DNA of 49,094 nt from assembly GCA_034658815.1 (NCBI GenBank), contig JAYEFY010000008.1, positions 1 to 49,094 of the forward strand. The letters are read 5' to 3'. The translations under genes and the position numbers were made by a program. Under the pieces are notes generated by a model. The model made no database searches, was not told where the DNA came from, and worked only from the letters and a program-made list of their open reading frames with translations. Below are positions 48,358 through 49,094 of this stretch, piece after piece. How positions within the stretch are numbered: the stretch's first letter is position 1; the number at the start of each line of letters is the position of its first letter. Origin of the DNA: Patescibacteria group bacterium. Its GTDB lineage: Bacteria > Patescibacteriota > Minisyncoccia > Moranbacterales > DUUL01.

Positions 48358-49094
48358 TGTTAACATTGCAGCAATAGAGTTTACACTTTTAGGGTAGAAT
48401 GGAGAAGTAATTTTTCATTCTATTCCCATGAATACCTTTGATCCCAGATATCTCATGTTGCAAGAAAAAAAGCTCAAACAAATACTTGCCAAGCAAAGAA
48501 AGGTAACCGCTATTGCCAAGGAATTCAAGGTTTCCCGTCAGACAATCCACAAATGGCTAAGCAGATACAAAAGATTTGGGATAGAAGGATTGATCAAAAG
48601 AAAGAGTAAAAAAAGAAACTATAAACCTCATAACAAAACATCTCCCGAAATAGAACAACTGATCATCAATCTGGCTCAAAAGTACATCTATGACGGAGTG
48701 GAAACACTTTCAGACAGGACTCAGGCTGAAAACAACATCACTATCCATCCTTCCACCATCTACAGAGTCCTCAAAAGAAACAAGGTCAGATATGCCAAAT
48801 ACCAAACCTGGACCAAGAAACGTTGGAAGATACAACTCTACTCCCATAAAGTTCCCGGTAAAGAGCTACAAATGGACACCAAGTATCCCTATGGCTATAA
48901 AGAAGGCAAGGTCATCTATGACATCATTGACAATGCAAGTAGGTGGGTGTTTGCCTGGAGCTACAACAAGGCCAACAAACAAAACACTTTGGATTTTTTA
49001 GATAAGGTTTTACAAAGAGCCCCTTTTAATATTCAAAAGATCAGAACAGACCAAGGCAAGGAATTCATTGCCAATGATGTTAAGAGGTTTTTAA
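48358..49094 (+). mobile_element. IS481-family insertion sequence, left part (truncated by the window end)
   Basis: Candidate left end TGTTAACATTGCAGC about 70 bp before an HTH + DDE transposase ORF. Confidence 0.8.
48428..49094 (+). CDS. IS481-family DDE transposase (3'-truncated; absent from the ORF track because no stop lies in the window)
   Basis: Manual translation: HTH 'AKEFKVSRQTIHKWLSRY..FGIEGL', 'HPSTIYRVLKR', 'PGKELQMDTK', 'IDNASR', 'IRTDQGKEF'. Confidence 0.9.
   Translation, partial: MNTFDPRYLMLQEKKLKQILAKQRKVTAIAKEFKVSRQTIHKWLSRYKRFGIEGLIKRKSKKRNYKPHNKTSPEIEQLIINLAQKYIYDGVETLSDRTQAENNITIHPSTIYRVLKRNKVRYAKYQTWTKKRWKIQLYSHKVPGKELQMDTKYPYGYKEGKVIYDIIDNASRWVFAWSYNKANKQNTLDFLDKVLQRAPFNIQKIRTDQGKEFIANDVKRFL

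Noticed and set aside
48690-49001. 103-aa ORF from the track
   Set aside because: It is an alternative frame inside the IS481 transposase gene.
1-49094. Alternative genetic code (UGA=Gly, as in Gracilibacteria/Absconditabacteria)
   Set aside because: Conserved genes are full length under code 11 and several end properly at TGA (e.g. 18212, 22364, 48174).

Overview
Probably a whole contig from a Patescibacteria (CPR, Parcubacteria-like) genome using the standard code, since TGA acts as a stop. This is inferred from gene content: CPR-type cohesin/dockerin proteins, a pilX-pilMNO layout, mostly SD-less AT-rich leaders and dense GC-rich palindromic repeats. The left 18 kb is a co-oriented cell-surface locus. 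It holds a 5'-truncated giant beta-rich surface protein and a 364-aa protein, both ending in a Csu/SCPU- or WxL-like pilin-type domain. Each is followed by a membrane-anchored PapD/DUF916-like chaperone-type gene, and one of these carries a long histone-like basic tail. Next come a dockerin protein, two membrane-anchored cohesin proteins, a PGRP-type amidase and a subtilase. No usher or sortase is seen in the window. The middle is a mosaic of accessory genes: DUF5320, DUF134, an APH-like kinase, a nitronate monooxygenase/FabK-like enzyme, a sigma-70 paralog, an RRM protein, a GldA/F/G-like ABC system, MazG, a CoA-disulfide reductase-like enzyme, SPFH, TraX and a beta-helix protein. These are separated by several nested REP/MITE-like repeat families. 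The right end has a degraded pilX-like gene, pilM/N/O, tRNA-Arg(TCT), ychF, rfbA, galU and an IS481-family element cut by the window end. All family assignments come from reading motifs by eye; no database searches were run.
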